This document shows positions 1 through 11,626 of a stretch of DNA of 40,829 nt, one piece after another; positions within the stretch are counted from its first letter, which is position 1, and each line of letters begins with the position of its first letter. The DNA comes from Octopus sinensis (taxonomy: Eukaryota). The translations under genes were made by a program, and so were the position numbers. The notes beneath the pieces were generated by a model. It saw only the letters and a program-made list of their open reading frames with translations. It did no database searches and was not told the origin of the DNA. Location: the NCBI RefSeq assembly GCF_006345805.1, contig NW_021835429.1:1-40829 (forward strand), given 5' to 3'.

Positions 1-209
1 GTGTGTCTGTGTTTGTCCCCCTAGCATTGCTTGACAACCGATGCTGGTGTGTTTACGTCCCCGTTACTTAGCGGTTCAGAAGAAGAGACCGATAGAATAA
101 GTACTGGACTTACAAAGAATAAGTCCCGGGGTCGATTTGCTCGACTAAAGGTGGTGCTCCAGCATGGCCGCAGTCAAATGACTGAAACAAGTAAAAGAGA
201 GTAAAGAGT
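1..209 (+). mobile_element. tRNA-derived SINE family A (octopus OR1/OR2-like), 3' half
   Basis: Matches the 3' half of the family repeated throughout the window (gtgtttgtcccc...gctccagcatggccgcagtcaaatgactgaaacaagtaaaagag). Family name is from memory of octopus CORE-SINEs, not a database hit. Confidence 0.85.
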
Positions 210-265
210 ATATTCCTGTTGAACACGAAATTTTGATGGAAGTTTGTTTCCTGCTAGTTTCTATC

Positions 266-490
266 TTTTATCTTTTACTTCCTTCAGTCATTAGATCATG
301 GCCATGCTGGGGCACCACTTTGAAAAGTTTAGATGGACAAATCCACCCCCAACAGGTATTTGTTAAGCCTGTATATATTCTCTCATTGTCTTTCACTAAG
401 ATACAAGGACAAACCAACATTGGTAGTCAAGCAGTGGGGATCAAACACACACTGGGCAGGCTTCCACACAGTTTCTGTCTACTCAAAGGG
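266..490 (-). mobile_element. Degenerate SINE family A copy
   Basis: Reverse complement of the family A tail (ttttactt..ttcagtcatt...catggccatgctgg) and middle (gtcaagcagtgggg..caaacac). Confidence 0.65.
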
Positions 491-546
491 CATTACTATT
501 GTACTTGCTGCTGCTATTACTATTATCATCATCATCACCATTATTA

Positions 547-878
547 CGTGGCCGTAGCCAGCACCGCATCGACTGGCCTCCGTGCTGGTGGCACGTAACA
601 AACACCATCCGATCGTGGCCGTGCCAGCCCTGCCTGGCCTCCGTGCCGGTGGCACGTAAAAAACACCATCTGAGCGTGGCCGTTCGCCAGCCTCGTCTGG
701 CACCTGTGTCAGTGGCACATAAAAAGCACCCACTACACTTGTTGGCGTTAGGAAGGGCATCCAGCTGTAGAAACACCGCCAGATCTGACTGGCCTGGTAC
801 AGCCTTCTGGCTTTCCAGACCCCAGTTGAACCATCCAACCCATGCTAGCATGGAAAGCGGACGTTAAACGATGATGAT
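547..878 (+). mobile_element. RTE-clade LINE 3' UTR fragment with ~60-bp tandem units and (GAT)n tail
   Basis: Three ggtggcacgtaaaaa-cacc units, then ggcgttaggaagggcatccagctgtagaaa...gcatggaaagcggacgttaaac(gat)n. The same family is joined to an RTE ORF end at 24335-24425. Confidence 0.8.
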
Positions 879-1289
879 TATTATTATTATTATTATTATC
901 ATTATTATTATTATTATTATTGTTGTTGTTACTTTTGAGTTAGTTTTACTGGAACTGGTAAACCAGAGAGCTACACCAGGTTCCAGTCTGTTTTGGCTTG
1001 ATTTCTAAGGCAAGATGCCCTTCCTAATGCCAACCACTCCAGAGAGTGTACTGGGTGCCTTTTACATGTCACCAGTATGGATGTCTTTTATGGCACAGGC
1101 CACAATTACAATTTTTAATCAGTTTATGGCCAGTTTAAATGTTAAAGGGTTAATGGTATGCACACCTGTGGAGTACTCGGCCACTTGCCCATTATTTCGT
1201 TATTTTCATGAGCAGGCTGTTCCCTTGATTGGATCAACTGGAATCCTCAAGGTCGTAATCAAAGGAGTGCGACATAAGTAAAGATGGTG

Positions 1290-1322
1290 GTGTAGATGAT
1301 GATGATGATGATGATGATGACA

Positions 1323-1366
<44 letters not shown>

Positions 1367-2030
1367 CAACATTCTCTCTCTCCTCGGAATAATGATGATG
1401 ATAATGATGATGGTGACAATTTTACCAGTGATGACAATTATGATGATGATAGTGATGATGATGATGGTGATGATGATGAAAATGGTGGTAATGATGATGA
1501 CAGTTTTACTGGTGGTAATAACAATTGATGAGGTGGCAATTGTGATGATGATGATGATGATATTGGTGATGGTAATGATGATAACAATGATGTTGAGGAT
1601 GATGATATTAATGTTGATGATGAGGTTGGTGATGAGGTTGGTGATGATAATGATGCTGATGATGATGATTATAATAATGTTCATGATGATATTGATGATG
1701 ATGATGATGAGGTTGTGATGATAATGATGCTGATGATGATGATTATAATGATGTTCATGATGTTAATGTTAATGATGATGAGGAGGTTGGTGATGATATG
1801 ATGTTGATTGATATTGCTGCTGCTGCTGCTGATGATGATGATGCTGATGACAATGATATTGATGATGATGAGGAGGAGGAGGAGGAAGATGGTGATAATA
1901 ATGATGATGATGATGATGATATTGCTGCTAATGGTGATGATGGTGAAGTTAGGAAGAAGAAGAAGAAGAAGAAGAAGAAGAAGAAGAAATATAATAATAG
2001 CAGAAAGCAGAAAAGAAGGGTTAGATAGGT

Positions 2031-2062
<32 letters not shown>

Positions 2063-2580
2063 TGAGAAAGGAGATAGACAGGGAAAGAGAGAGTGAGGAA
2101 GAGAATGAGAAAATAAAGAGAGAGGGAGACGGTGTAGGGAGAGAGGTAGGGGAGGAAGCGAGTGTTGGAAAATGGTGATCGTACAAGGAAGTACAAGGCG
2201 GAAACGGAAGTGAAGACGGAAGAAGGAGGAGGAGGAAGAGGAGACGAAGCAAGGAAGGAGGCATAAGGCGGGGACAGTGTGGTGTGTGGGTGTGGCGGCG
2301 GTGGTGGAGTGGGTGGGGAGGGAGGGGTATACTGGTGTTAAGGTACGTGTGGTGGTGGTGGTGGTGGTGGACGTGTATCATGGTGGAGGGGAAAACATTT
2401 ATAATAATTAAGTTAATCAAATTTGATGTATTTAATCCATTAAGGGAGGTGGTGGGTGTGGTTTGGAGGTGGGGGCGATGGTGGAATGGTGTGAAGGGAA
2501 AGGGAGGGGAGGGAGAGAGAGAGGGTTTAGGGAAAGAGAGGGAGGGAGAGGGTGATGGTGGAATGAGGAAGTCACCAAAG
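1290..2580. repeat. (GAT)n/(AAG)n/(AG)n low-complexity block
   Basis: Direct inspection; source of the poly-M/I/D ORFs. Confidence 0.95.
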
Positions 2581-2589
2581 AGACAAATG

Positions 2590-3000
2590 GGACAAGAAAG
2601 AGAAGTAGAGACAGATAGATAGACAGTAAGTAGGTAGATAGATTAATAGATAGATAGATAGATAGATGGATAGATAGAAAGACAGATAGATAGATACATA
2701 CATACATACATACATACATTGAGAGACAGACAGACAGATAGATAGATAGATAGATAGATAGACACATAGAAAGATACATACATACATACATACATACATA
2801 CATTGAGAGACAGACAGACAGATAGATAGATAGATAGGTAGATAGACACATAGATAGATACATACATACATACATACATACATACATACATACATACATA
2901 CATTGAGAGACAGACAGACAGATAGATATGTTTCTTTATTAGCCACACAGGGCTGCACACAGATAGAACAAATTACAAGGTAGAGCTTTTCTTTTGAAGG

Positions 3001-3031
<31 letters not shown>

Positions 3032-3757
3032 GAAGGGGGAGTTTCGATCAAAAGGGATCGTAAAAGGAAAGAAAGAGGACAAAAAGGGGGGTTAAAAAAA
3101 AAGGGTGAGAGGAAAAAAAAAAAAAATGGATCAATAGGGATCGTTATCACAGAAATGTCAATATGAAGTGTAAAGGGGAGGACAGGTGAGGTTTACCCGT
3201 GGAAGAAAAGCCTACGGAAAAGACCACGGTAACTCGGTCAATGGAGTCACATGTTATATTTCTTTTTTTTTTTTTTTTGCAAATAAGCAACTCTCTGTTT
3301 TCAATTTCTGGGTTCATAGGATCATGCTCAAGGTGGCTTCGTCATTCATACGTGCCATTCTTGCTACATTCACCCATCATTTTTTAAAACATTCGCTAGA
3401 CAAAACTTGCCTCTCTACTCTCACTTTCCTCTTCAAGTGATACTTGAAGAAGTTGATGAGAGATTGACCAGAGAGGAAAGTGTTTGTCTCCAATCCTTTC
3501 AGACGCGTCCACCAGATACATTCTTTCGCCATAGCCACAAGGATGATGAAAATAGCTCTTCCTTCCCGTTTGAAGGAGGGAGGCGTGACAATATTAACGA
3601 TAGACTCAGCTGATAAACCGACTCGTCCCACACGTGACAGCAGTTGTTCGACACAAGCCCACAGGTCGGAAATTGTTGGACACTGCACGAGAGATAGATA
3701 GATAGATAGATAGATAGATGATAGATAGATAGATAGATAGATAGATAGGTAGGTAGT

Positions 3758-3793
<36 letters not shown>

Positions 3794-4064
3794 CGATACA
3801 TATATACATACATACATACATACATACATACATTGAGAGACAGACAGACAGATAGATAGATAGATAGATAGATAGGTAGTTAGATAGGTAGATAGATAGA
3901 TAGATAGAAGGATAGATAGAAAAAGATAGATAGATACATACATACATACATACACACACCCATAATACGTACATAAATACATACATACATACATACATAC
4001 ATACGTACATACATACTAGTAAATACATACATACATACATACATACATTGAGAGACAGACAGAC

Positions 4065-4102
<38 letters not shown>

Positions 4103-4131
4103 GTAGGTAGGTAGGTTGATAGGTAGGTAGT

Positions 4132-4176
<45 letters not shown>

Positions 4177-4227
4177 CATACATATATACATACATACATA
4201 CATACATACATTGAGAGACAGACAGCC

Positions 4228-4268
<41 letters not shown>

Positions 4269-4563
4269 GTAGGTAGTTAGATAGGTAGATAGATAGATAG
4301 ATAGAAGGATAGATAGAAAAAGATAGATAGATACATACATACATACATACACACATACATACGTACATAAATACATACATACAACATACGTACATACATA
4401 CATAGATATACATGCATACATACATACATACTACATACATACACACACACATACACACACATACATACATACTACATACATACACACATACACACATACA
4501 TACATACAGAATACATGCATACATAGATAAACAGACAGACAGATAGATAGATGGATATATGGG

Positions 4564-4599
<36 letters not shown>

Positions 4600-5443
4600 A
4601 AGATAATAGATAGATAGATTGATTAATTGATTGATAGAGAGAGACAGACAGACAGATAGATAGAGAGAGAGAGAGAGAGACAGACAGACAGGAAGGCAGG
4701 CAGATAGATAGATAGATAGATGCATGCATGCATGCACGCATACATACATACATACATACACACACACTTACACGCATGCATGCATACATAATACATAATA
4801 CATACATACATACATACACACATATAAACATACATACATACATACATACACACATACATACATACATACATACATACATACATACATACACACATATATA
4901 CATACACACATACATACATACAACACATACATACACACATACATACATACATACACACATAACATACATACATACATACATACATACATACATACACACA
5001 TTACATACATACATAAATACATACACACACATACATACACACATACAAACATACATACATACATACATACATACACACATACACACACACATATACCTAC
5101 ATACACACTACATACATACATACATACATACACACATACATACATACATAAATACATACACACACACATACATACACACATACACACATACAAACATACA
5201 TACATACATACATACACACATACACACACACATACATACATACATACACACACATACATACACACATACATATATACATAGATACATACACACATACATA
5301 CATACATACTCACATACATACACACACACATACATACATACATACACACATACATACATACATACACACATACATACATATATACACACATACATACATA
5401 CATACACACACACATACATACATACATACATACATACACACAC

Positions 5444-5474
<31 letters not shown>

Positions 5475-5700
5475 TATATATACATACATAGACAGACAGA
5501 CAGACAGATAGGTAGAAATAAATAGAGTAACAGATAGATGGCTAGCTAACTAGACAGATGCATATATAGAGAGATAGATAGAAAGGTGGCTTGACAGACA
5601 GACAGACTGATTGATTGATTGATTGATTGATGGATGGATAGATCAGTACGTGTATAGGTAGACTGACAGACAGACAGATAGATAGGTGGATAGATGGAGG
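2590..5700. repeat. Compound (ATAG)n/(ATAC)n/(ACAG)n/(AC)n microsatellite field with higher-order unit
   Basis: Direct inspection; spacer ATTGAGAGACAGACAG recurs at 2718, 2802, 2902, 3832, 4047 and 4210. Confidence 0.95.
2928..3691 (-). mobile_element. Tx1/L1-clade LINE, 5'-truncated: ORF2 C-terminus, 3' UTR and AATAAA
   Basis: Minus frame [32 protein letters not shown]...WWTRLKGL is homologous to 16000-16420, which is linked to an RT; AATAAA at 2935-2940 on the minus strand. Confidence 0.85.
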
Positions 5701-6121
5701 GAGGGGAAGAGAGAAGGTGAGGTGGAATGGGGAAGTCACAGAGAGACAGACAAACAGACACAAAGAGATTAAGTTAAAGTGATAAGTGAGAGAGAGAGGT
5801 TGAGATAGAGGATGACAGAGAGGGTTAAATGAGAGAGAGAGTGGATACAGAGATATAGTGAGAGAGTGAGAAAGAGGAAGGACAAAAGAGAAACAGGGAG
5901 AGGGCAGAAGAAGGAGAACAGTGAAAAGTGTGAGAGGGGCAATAGATGTAGTGGGCAGGGGAGTATGATGTTATAAAGGATTTGTGTAATTGTGTGTGTT
6001 TTCTTAAAATCTGTATATGTGAACGTGAGAGAGAGAGAGAGGCGTGTGGTGTTATAAATGTATGTGTATGTATGTGATTGTGTGTGTGTGTATGTGTGTA
6101 TTTGTCTACATGGTTTTATAA

Positions 6122-6158
<37 letters not shown>

Positions 6159-6229
6159 AACTGATGTATGTGTGCTTGATTTCTTAAGATGTGTGAGAGT
6201 CTTTGTGTGTGTGTGTCGTATCTTTAGAC

Positions 6230-6384
6230 ATAGGTACCGGCATGACTGTGTGGTAAGAAGCTTGCTTCCCAACCACATGGTTCCAGGTTCGATCCTACTG
6301 CATAGCACCTTGGGCAAGAGTCTTCTACTATAGCCTTGGGTCAACCAAAGCCTTGTGAGTGGATTTGGTAGATGGAAACTGAAA
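6230..6384 (+). mobile_element. SINE family A, 5' half
   Basis: tRNA-like head (tggtaagaagc...ggttcgatcc) plus CORE-like gcaccttgggcaag segment. Confidence 0.8.
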
Positions 6385-6489
6385 CCACACCACACCACAC
6401 AACCCCACACACATTAGCACTGACCACTTCCCAGCATCCACACCATCATCCACACACCTACACATGCACACATCAAGGTCACCAGCCCC

Positions 6490-6780
6490 CTTTCACATGC
6501 ACACACACACAAACTCACACACGCTCACACGTGCCTTCATTTTGGGATCACCACTACTTTATTAGCTCTCTTGTGTGACCCCTCTGTCCGACATTCGACA
6601 TGATAGATCGCTAGCCAGTAAACCTTTTTTATTTTCTCTCCCTGTTTATTTCTGTATTCCTTTCTGTCGAAGAGCATAGGCTTGAAACATAAAAGACTTT
6701 CTCACTTCCTGAGTATGTCTTTTTGTTGTTTACACACCCATCTTTATCTTTTGTTTTTTTGTAAATTCTCACTATATATA
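6490..6780 (+). mobile_element. Putative PLE-derived terminal fragment with hammerhead-like fold, ending CACTATA(TA)n
   Basis: Hammerhead-like fold at 6660-6695; 3' end ttctcactatatata resembles the ends of the elements at 33584 and 38341. Left boundary approximate. Confidence 0.5.
6660..6695 (+). ncRNA. Minimal type I hammerhead ribozyme-like motif (variant core CUGUCGA, decayed)
   Basis: CUUU-CUGUCGA-A-GAGC(AUAG)GCUU-GAAA-CAU-A-AAAG: 4-bp stem I, 4-bp stem II, loop-less stem III (ACAU, likely ACGU before CpG decay). Confidence 0.5.
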
Positions 6781-6798
6781 TATGTATATATATATATC

Positions 6799-7205
6799 AG
6801 GGCATCCCATAAATAATGCAGATTTTTATATTTTATTTTTCAAAATCAAGATAAACAAAGTTCCCTTTTAACTTAAACTATACTCTCCTTCATTTTCTAC
6901 AATGCTCCCCCATCTATCTGTTAGACTTGCAAGGCCTCTCTTACAAAATTCGCTCTCCATCATGAAAAATATTTTTCCAGTACTGTTCTGACATTGTCTA
7001 CAGAATTCATATTTTTCCGTCCAAATGATTTCGAAGACTGGAGAATGAAATATAATCAACTGGAGCAATGTCCAGTGAATATGCTGGGTGGGGTATCGTT
7101 TCCCATTCAAACTGCTCCTCACTGTATGTGGCGAAGCATTATCCTGATAGAACACTTTTTCTTCTTGAAACCAAAGATGGTCATTTTCCTTCTAGTGCTG
7201 ACTTA
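6799..7205 (-). mobile_element. mariner transposase 3' remnant with one terminal repeat
   Basis: Frameshifted ..PSLVSRRKSV/..QDNASPH...CKRGLASLTDRWGSIVENEGEY; terminus cagggcatcccataaataatgc next to a (TA)n run. Confidence 0.8.
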
Positions 7206-7516
7206 AGCTACTCATAGTAGATCTCCTGTGTTATCGTTTGGTTTGGGTTTAAAAGTTCAAAGTGGACTAAACCTTTCATATCCCACCAAACAGATAACAA
7301 CACCTTACATAGGTGAAGACCTTCTTTAGACTAGGACACTGGCAGTTCTCCTTTCCCTACCCACTGTCTTCAGGGCTTGACATTTTTATAGAGGACCTAT
7401 TTCTCCTCACCAGTCACTATTCAGTCCATAATAGGTTCTATGGCTAGATACCATAATAGGATGATGATGATATATGTATATGTATGCTAATGTACATGCA
7501 TACATACATTACATAT

Positions 7517-7710
7517 GTAAGACAGCATGGTGTGATTTGAGGAAGATTTGGCTGCTATTCCTACCAGGTCTAGCTACCATGAAGAGTTCTCCCTCATTGG
7601 CTCATACATATATACATACATAAGACAGTAGGTGTGATTTTGAGGGGGATTTAGCTGCTATTTCTACCCGATCTAGCTACCGAATAGAAATCTCTCTCAT
7701 TGACTCATAC
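7517..7710. repeat. Diverged ~105-bp tandem duplication
   Basis: taagacag..gtgtgattt.gagg..gattt.gctgctatt.cta...tctagctacc occurs twice. Confidence 0.7.
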
Positions 7711-7732
7711 ACACACACACACACACACACAC

Positions 7733-8302
7733 CTTAATATCTAAAATAGAGTTTGTGTGTGTGTGTGTGTTTTCCTAATGGGATTCAAAAATTGAATTGC
7801 GGATTTTGACATATGAGATTTAAAAAGATTTGGTAATCCTTCAGTTACCAAATAAAGTATGTTTTGCACAACTCTTTTTTACTACAAAAATAACCTCAAA
7901 AAAGAGGCTGAGTTGCACAATTTTGAGGTCTTTAGCTAAGGGAGGCAATTCTGCCTGAACAATCTTTATCAATATTCAATTTAACAACAAATATAAACAC
8001 ACACACACACACACACACACCTTAATATCTAAAATAGAGTTTGTGTGTGTGTGTGTGTGTTTTCCTAATGGGATTCAAAAATTGAATTGCGGATTTTGAC
8101 ATATGAGATTTAAAAGATTTGGTAATCCTTCAGTTACCAAATAAAGTATGTTTTGCACAACTCTTTTTTACTACAAAAATAACCTCAAAAAAGAGGCTGA
8201 GTTGCACAATTTTGAGGTCTTTAGCTAAGGGAGGCAATTCTGCCTGAACAATCTTTATCAATATTCAATTTAACAACAAATATAAACACACACACACACA
8301 CA
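7733..8302. repeat. Near-identical 288-bp tandem duplication bounded by (CA)n
   Basis: Units start at 7733 and 8021; the only differences I found are one A in a homopolymer and microsatellite lengths. Confidence 0.95.
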
Positions 8303-8306
8303 TATA

Positions 8307-8453
8307 TTAGGTGCAAGAATGACTGCATGGTTGAGAAGTTTGCTTCCCGATCACATGGTTCCACATTCAGTCCCTCTGCATAGTACTTTGAGCAAGTGCA
8401 TGGTACCTTGGGCAACCTCAGATTTGTGACTGAACTTGGTAGATGGAAACTGC
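8307..8453 (+). mobile_element. Degenerate SINE family A head
   Basis: gcttccc..cacatggttcc..ttcagtcc...ttggtagatggaaactg. Confidence 0.6.
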
Positions 8454-8764
8454 GGTGTTGTTCATCAGAAAAATGATGGAAAAACGTGTTTATAAAGAAG
8501 TGTTGTTTGCTTCATACTCCTTGTGTGCTGACTCTACCTATAAGAAAAGAACAAATAATATAGCGTTGCTGTAGGTCATAACACCTGGGCAACACTGGGG
8601 TGCATTGGTAGCATAATATACATTTATGTAGTGAGACTTTGAATTGAAACTTCAAAACCCTGACAACTGGGTCCAGTCCATTACCAATCAATCAGCTTGC
8701 AGAAATATCAGACTATACAGTAGAAAATTTTATGAGTTTCTTGAGGTTCCTGTGCTTTTTGTAG

Positions 8765-8888
8765 AATAAAGGCAAAAGCCTGCCAGAACCATTTGCAGAG
8801 GCTGAGAAAGTCACAAGAGAACACATATTCTCACCTCTTGCCAAAAGCAAGTCAACGAGTCATCCTTCGAAGCATGAGCAACTAGCAG
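8765..8888 (+). CDS. Candidate internal coding exon of an unidentified gene
   Basis: Acceptor tgctttttgtag| and donor cag|gtacaa; open frame NKGKSLPEPFAEAEKVTREHIFSPLAKSKSTSHPSKHEQLA, open to TGA at 8963-8965. No homology recognised. Confidence 0.3.
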
Positions 8889-9066
8889 GTACAACATCAA
8901 GTTTTAAAGACACCCTGCTGTCTTTAAAAGGGAAAATATTAAGTTGTTCAGAAAATAATGGCTGATTTAAAAAATAAGCCTATATTCTTGAAAAACTGAA
9001 CTTATACATTATGGAGATGTACTTGCATAGCAAGTGACCTGATCTGAGATTATGTACTGGAACGAA

Positions 9067-9350
9067 AACAATTGCAGCGTGGAAGGTGTTTATAAACCAT
9101 TTAAGAAACACACAAAAACTGCTAGGATTCACGTCAACATTTAAATTTAATTTGTCAAAATATTTTCGCTGCTTTGAGACCATGACCTGTTCACTGACAA
9201 AATTCAGCACGGAATTTTGTCAGTGAACAGGTTGTGGTCTCAAAGCAACGAAAATATTTTGACAAATTAAATTTAAATGTTGACGTGAATCCTAGCAGAT
9301 TTTGTGTGTTTCTTAAATGGTTTATAAACACCTTCCACACTGCAATTGTT
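9067..9350. mobile_element. 284-bp palindrome (139-bp arms, 5 mismatches) of a PLE-like terminal sequence
   Basis: Arms 9067-9205 and 9212-9350 compared base by base; each arm holds a hammerhead-like fold reading outward. Confidence 0.85.
9216..9266 (+). ncRNA. Short-stem-III type I hammerhead with G3:C8 core swap (mirror copy at 9151-9201, minus)
   Basis: UUUGUCA-GUGAACA-G-GUUGU(GGUCUCAAA)GCAAC-GAAA-AUAU-U-U-UGACAAA: 7-bp stem I, 5-bp stem II, palindromic AAAAUAUUUU. Confidence 0.6.
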
Positions 9351-9700
9351 GAATTTATACAAAGGTTTAATTATCCAAAATATGAACCCTGAACAACTAT
9401 GTTGATTACCAAGGTCATTTATGCCTCTTTGATAAAAATCCAAAGGTCTTGATGCCAAGAAATCCTTGAATTCAGTTTCGATCTCAATTTTGGAATGGGG
9501 GTGGTTTTTTGCCTTGGAAAAGTTGTAGTCGATGGGTGAAAGATCCGGGGAATATGGACAATGTGGTAAAGTCTGTGAGCTTCTGCAGTGTCATCCTGGA
9601 AACATGTAGTTGAGTGTTGTCATGGAGCTGCAAAACAAGTAAATGTATTTCTTCTTTTTCCATGTTTGAAATTAAAGATTTCTATGTTTCAAAATTATAT
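9351..9700 (-). mobile_element. Internally deleted mariner remnant
   Basis: Minus strand: MEKKK.. start joined to LHDN..HVSRMTLQKLTD, then frameshifted PYSPDLSP-like and FLASRPLDFYQRGINDL. Confidence 0.7.
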
Positions 9701-9934
9701 TCTGAAAGAAATCAATAAAAATTTACTAACGAGTACACATCAATTATTAAGCATGTAGAATTTTGTCTAAAACACTTTAAAAATTAGATCTTAAATCGAA
9801 TTTCAAAAAAATGTTTTTGAAGAATTGGACAGAATTTTTCGAACAAACACAATCATAGACCAAAATCCATAAATAAAAATTCGAGTTAGTCGTGGATTAC
9901 AGCTTCTTGATCATAATTCCACTCAGCTAAGCAT

Positions 9935-11200
9935 TATTGTATCCAGGACTACACAAGGATATCCATGGTGACGACAGCAAAATTGCACTCTTCTAGGGAC
10001 ATTTGAACAATTTGGATTGAAGAGAAATTTCAAATGATATGTATAAGGTTGGTTATTTATGATGTTCTATGTCAGTCACAGTGTAACTAGGACTACATTG
10101 TCTAATGTATAGTAGTTAGCATTACTGGTTGTAGTTTTTTTTTAGACTCAAATCCATCTTTATCAGCAGGCATATTATCAAAAATTTCCCATCTCCAGCT
10201 ATACCATCTTTTATTCAGACATAGTATTGGGTTGTCCGGAAAGTTCATGCCGATTTATAGTAGCTTACCTTTCGACTTATTTTAGAACATGGTTGAATCC
10301 ATAAAATAGGATTTGACTACACCGCCATTTAAAGCACAGTTTAAGCTATCTTTTCATGGAAGAAGGTTTATGTTCCTATAACCTGTGTTAATTCTGTAAC
10401 CCTTTAAAATGGAAGATAAGAAAGTTCATTTTCGGCACTTGATGCTTTGGAAACCAGACAAAAATTGCTGCAGCTTGGCTGGGATGAGTTACCCCACCCT
10501 TCATATTCACCAGATATTGCTCCTTTGGATTTCCACTTATTCAGGTCTCTGCAGAATAGTCTTAATGGTAAAAATTTCAATCCCTTGGATGACGTAAAAA
10601 GATACCTTGATGAATTCTTTGCCATGAAATCACCTCAATTCTTGGAAGAGGGTATTTTCAAGTTAAAGGAAAGATAGAGATGCATTGTGCAATAAAATGG
10701 TTCATATTTGGTTGATTAAAAATGTAATGGCAAGTATTTAGTGACCTTTATCTTTCCTTTAAAAATCGGCATGAACTTTCCGGACAACCCAATATATCTC
10801 AGACCACATAATCTAATGTATAGTAGTTTTTATTAGCGGCTGTACTTGTTATTGCTTAGCCCTAGGTTGACCTGATCCAACAGGGACATTTTCCTGATCA
10901 TGCTGACCATGCTGGGACATTTTGAGTGTATAAGCATTATGATCAAAGATGTTCCAGTTGTGACCATCCTGCCTTTTATTCAGACATAGTGTATCTAGGA
11001 CAACATTATCTAATGTACAGCATAGTATTTAGTGTTAATGGGCTTTAGTTATTGCCATTCAGCCCCAGATCAGTTTTCATCCAGCACAAAGACCTATAAC
11101 TAAAGATGTTCCTGATTTTATTCAGGCATAGTGTATCTAGGACTACATTATATAATGTATTGTATAATAGTTAGTGGCTATAGTTGTTGTTTAGCCTGCA
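9935..11200. repeat. Degenerate ~140-bp tandem repeat array, interrupted by a mariner
   Basis: Recurrent ttttattcagacatagtgtatctaggactacattatctaatgta motif near 10075, 10210/10793 (split), 10976 and 11117. Confidence 0.6.
10227..10792 (+). mobile_element. Non-autonomous mariner (566 bp) with perfect 30-bp TIRs and TA TSD
   Basis: TIRs ttgggttgtccggaaagttcatgccgattt at 10227-10256 and its reverse complement at 10763-10792; TA on both sides. MEDKKVHFRHLMLW is fused to ETRQKLLQLGWDELPHPSYSPDIAP..F. Confidence 0.95.
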
Positions 11201-11323
11201 ATCTCTTCTCATTCAGCAGATCTAAAATATATTCCACTTATGACCATTCCATCGGTTAACTTTTTATATAGCTACATTGTCTCATGCTTCTTTTCCTTCT
11301 TTTCAACTATATATATATATATA

Positions 11324-11610
11324 TGGCAATGATCCAGTGGTTAGGGCAGCGAACTCATGGTCGTAGGATCGCGGTTTTAATTCCCAGATTGGGTGTTATG
11401 CGTGTTTATTGAGCGAAAACACCTAAAAGCTCCATGAGGCTCTGGCAGGGGATGGTGCCAACCCCTGTTGTACTCTTTCACACTAACTTTCTCTCACTTC
11501 CTGTTTCTTGAGCAATACTGTAATGGATTTGTGTCCCATCCAGCTGGGGGGAACACATATGCCACAGAAACCGGGCCGATGAGCCTGGTTAGGCTTGAAA
11601 AGGGTGATGT
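11324..11610 (+). mobile_element. tRNA-derived SINE family B (V-domain-like core)
   Basis: A/B-box head; ctgtaatggatttgtgtcccatccag resembles a V-SINE core; homologous to 13095-13407 and 26055-26340. Confidence 0.7.
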
Positions 11611-11626
11611 TTTATATATATACATA

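Noticed and set aside
1259-5763. Many poly-M/I/D and YVCM/HTYI ORFs
   Set aside because: Translations of tri- and tetranucleotide microsatellites.
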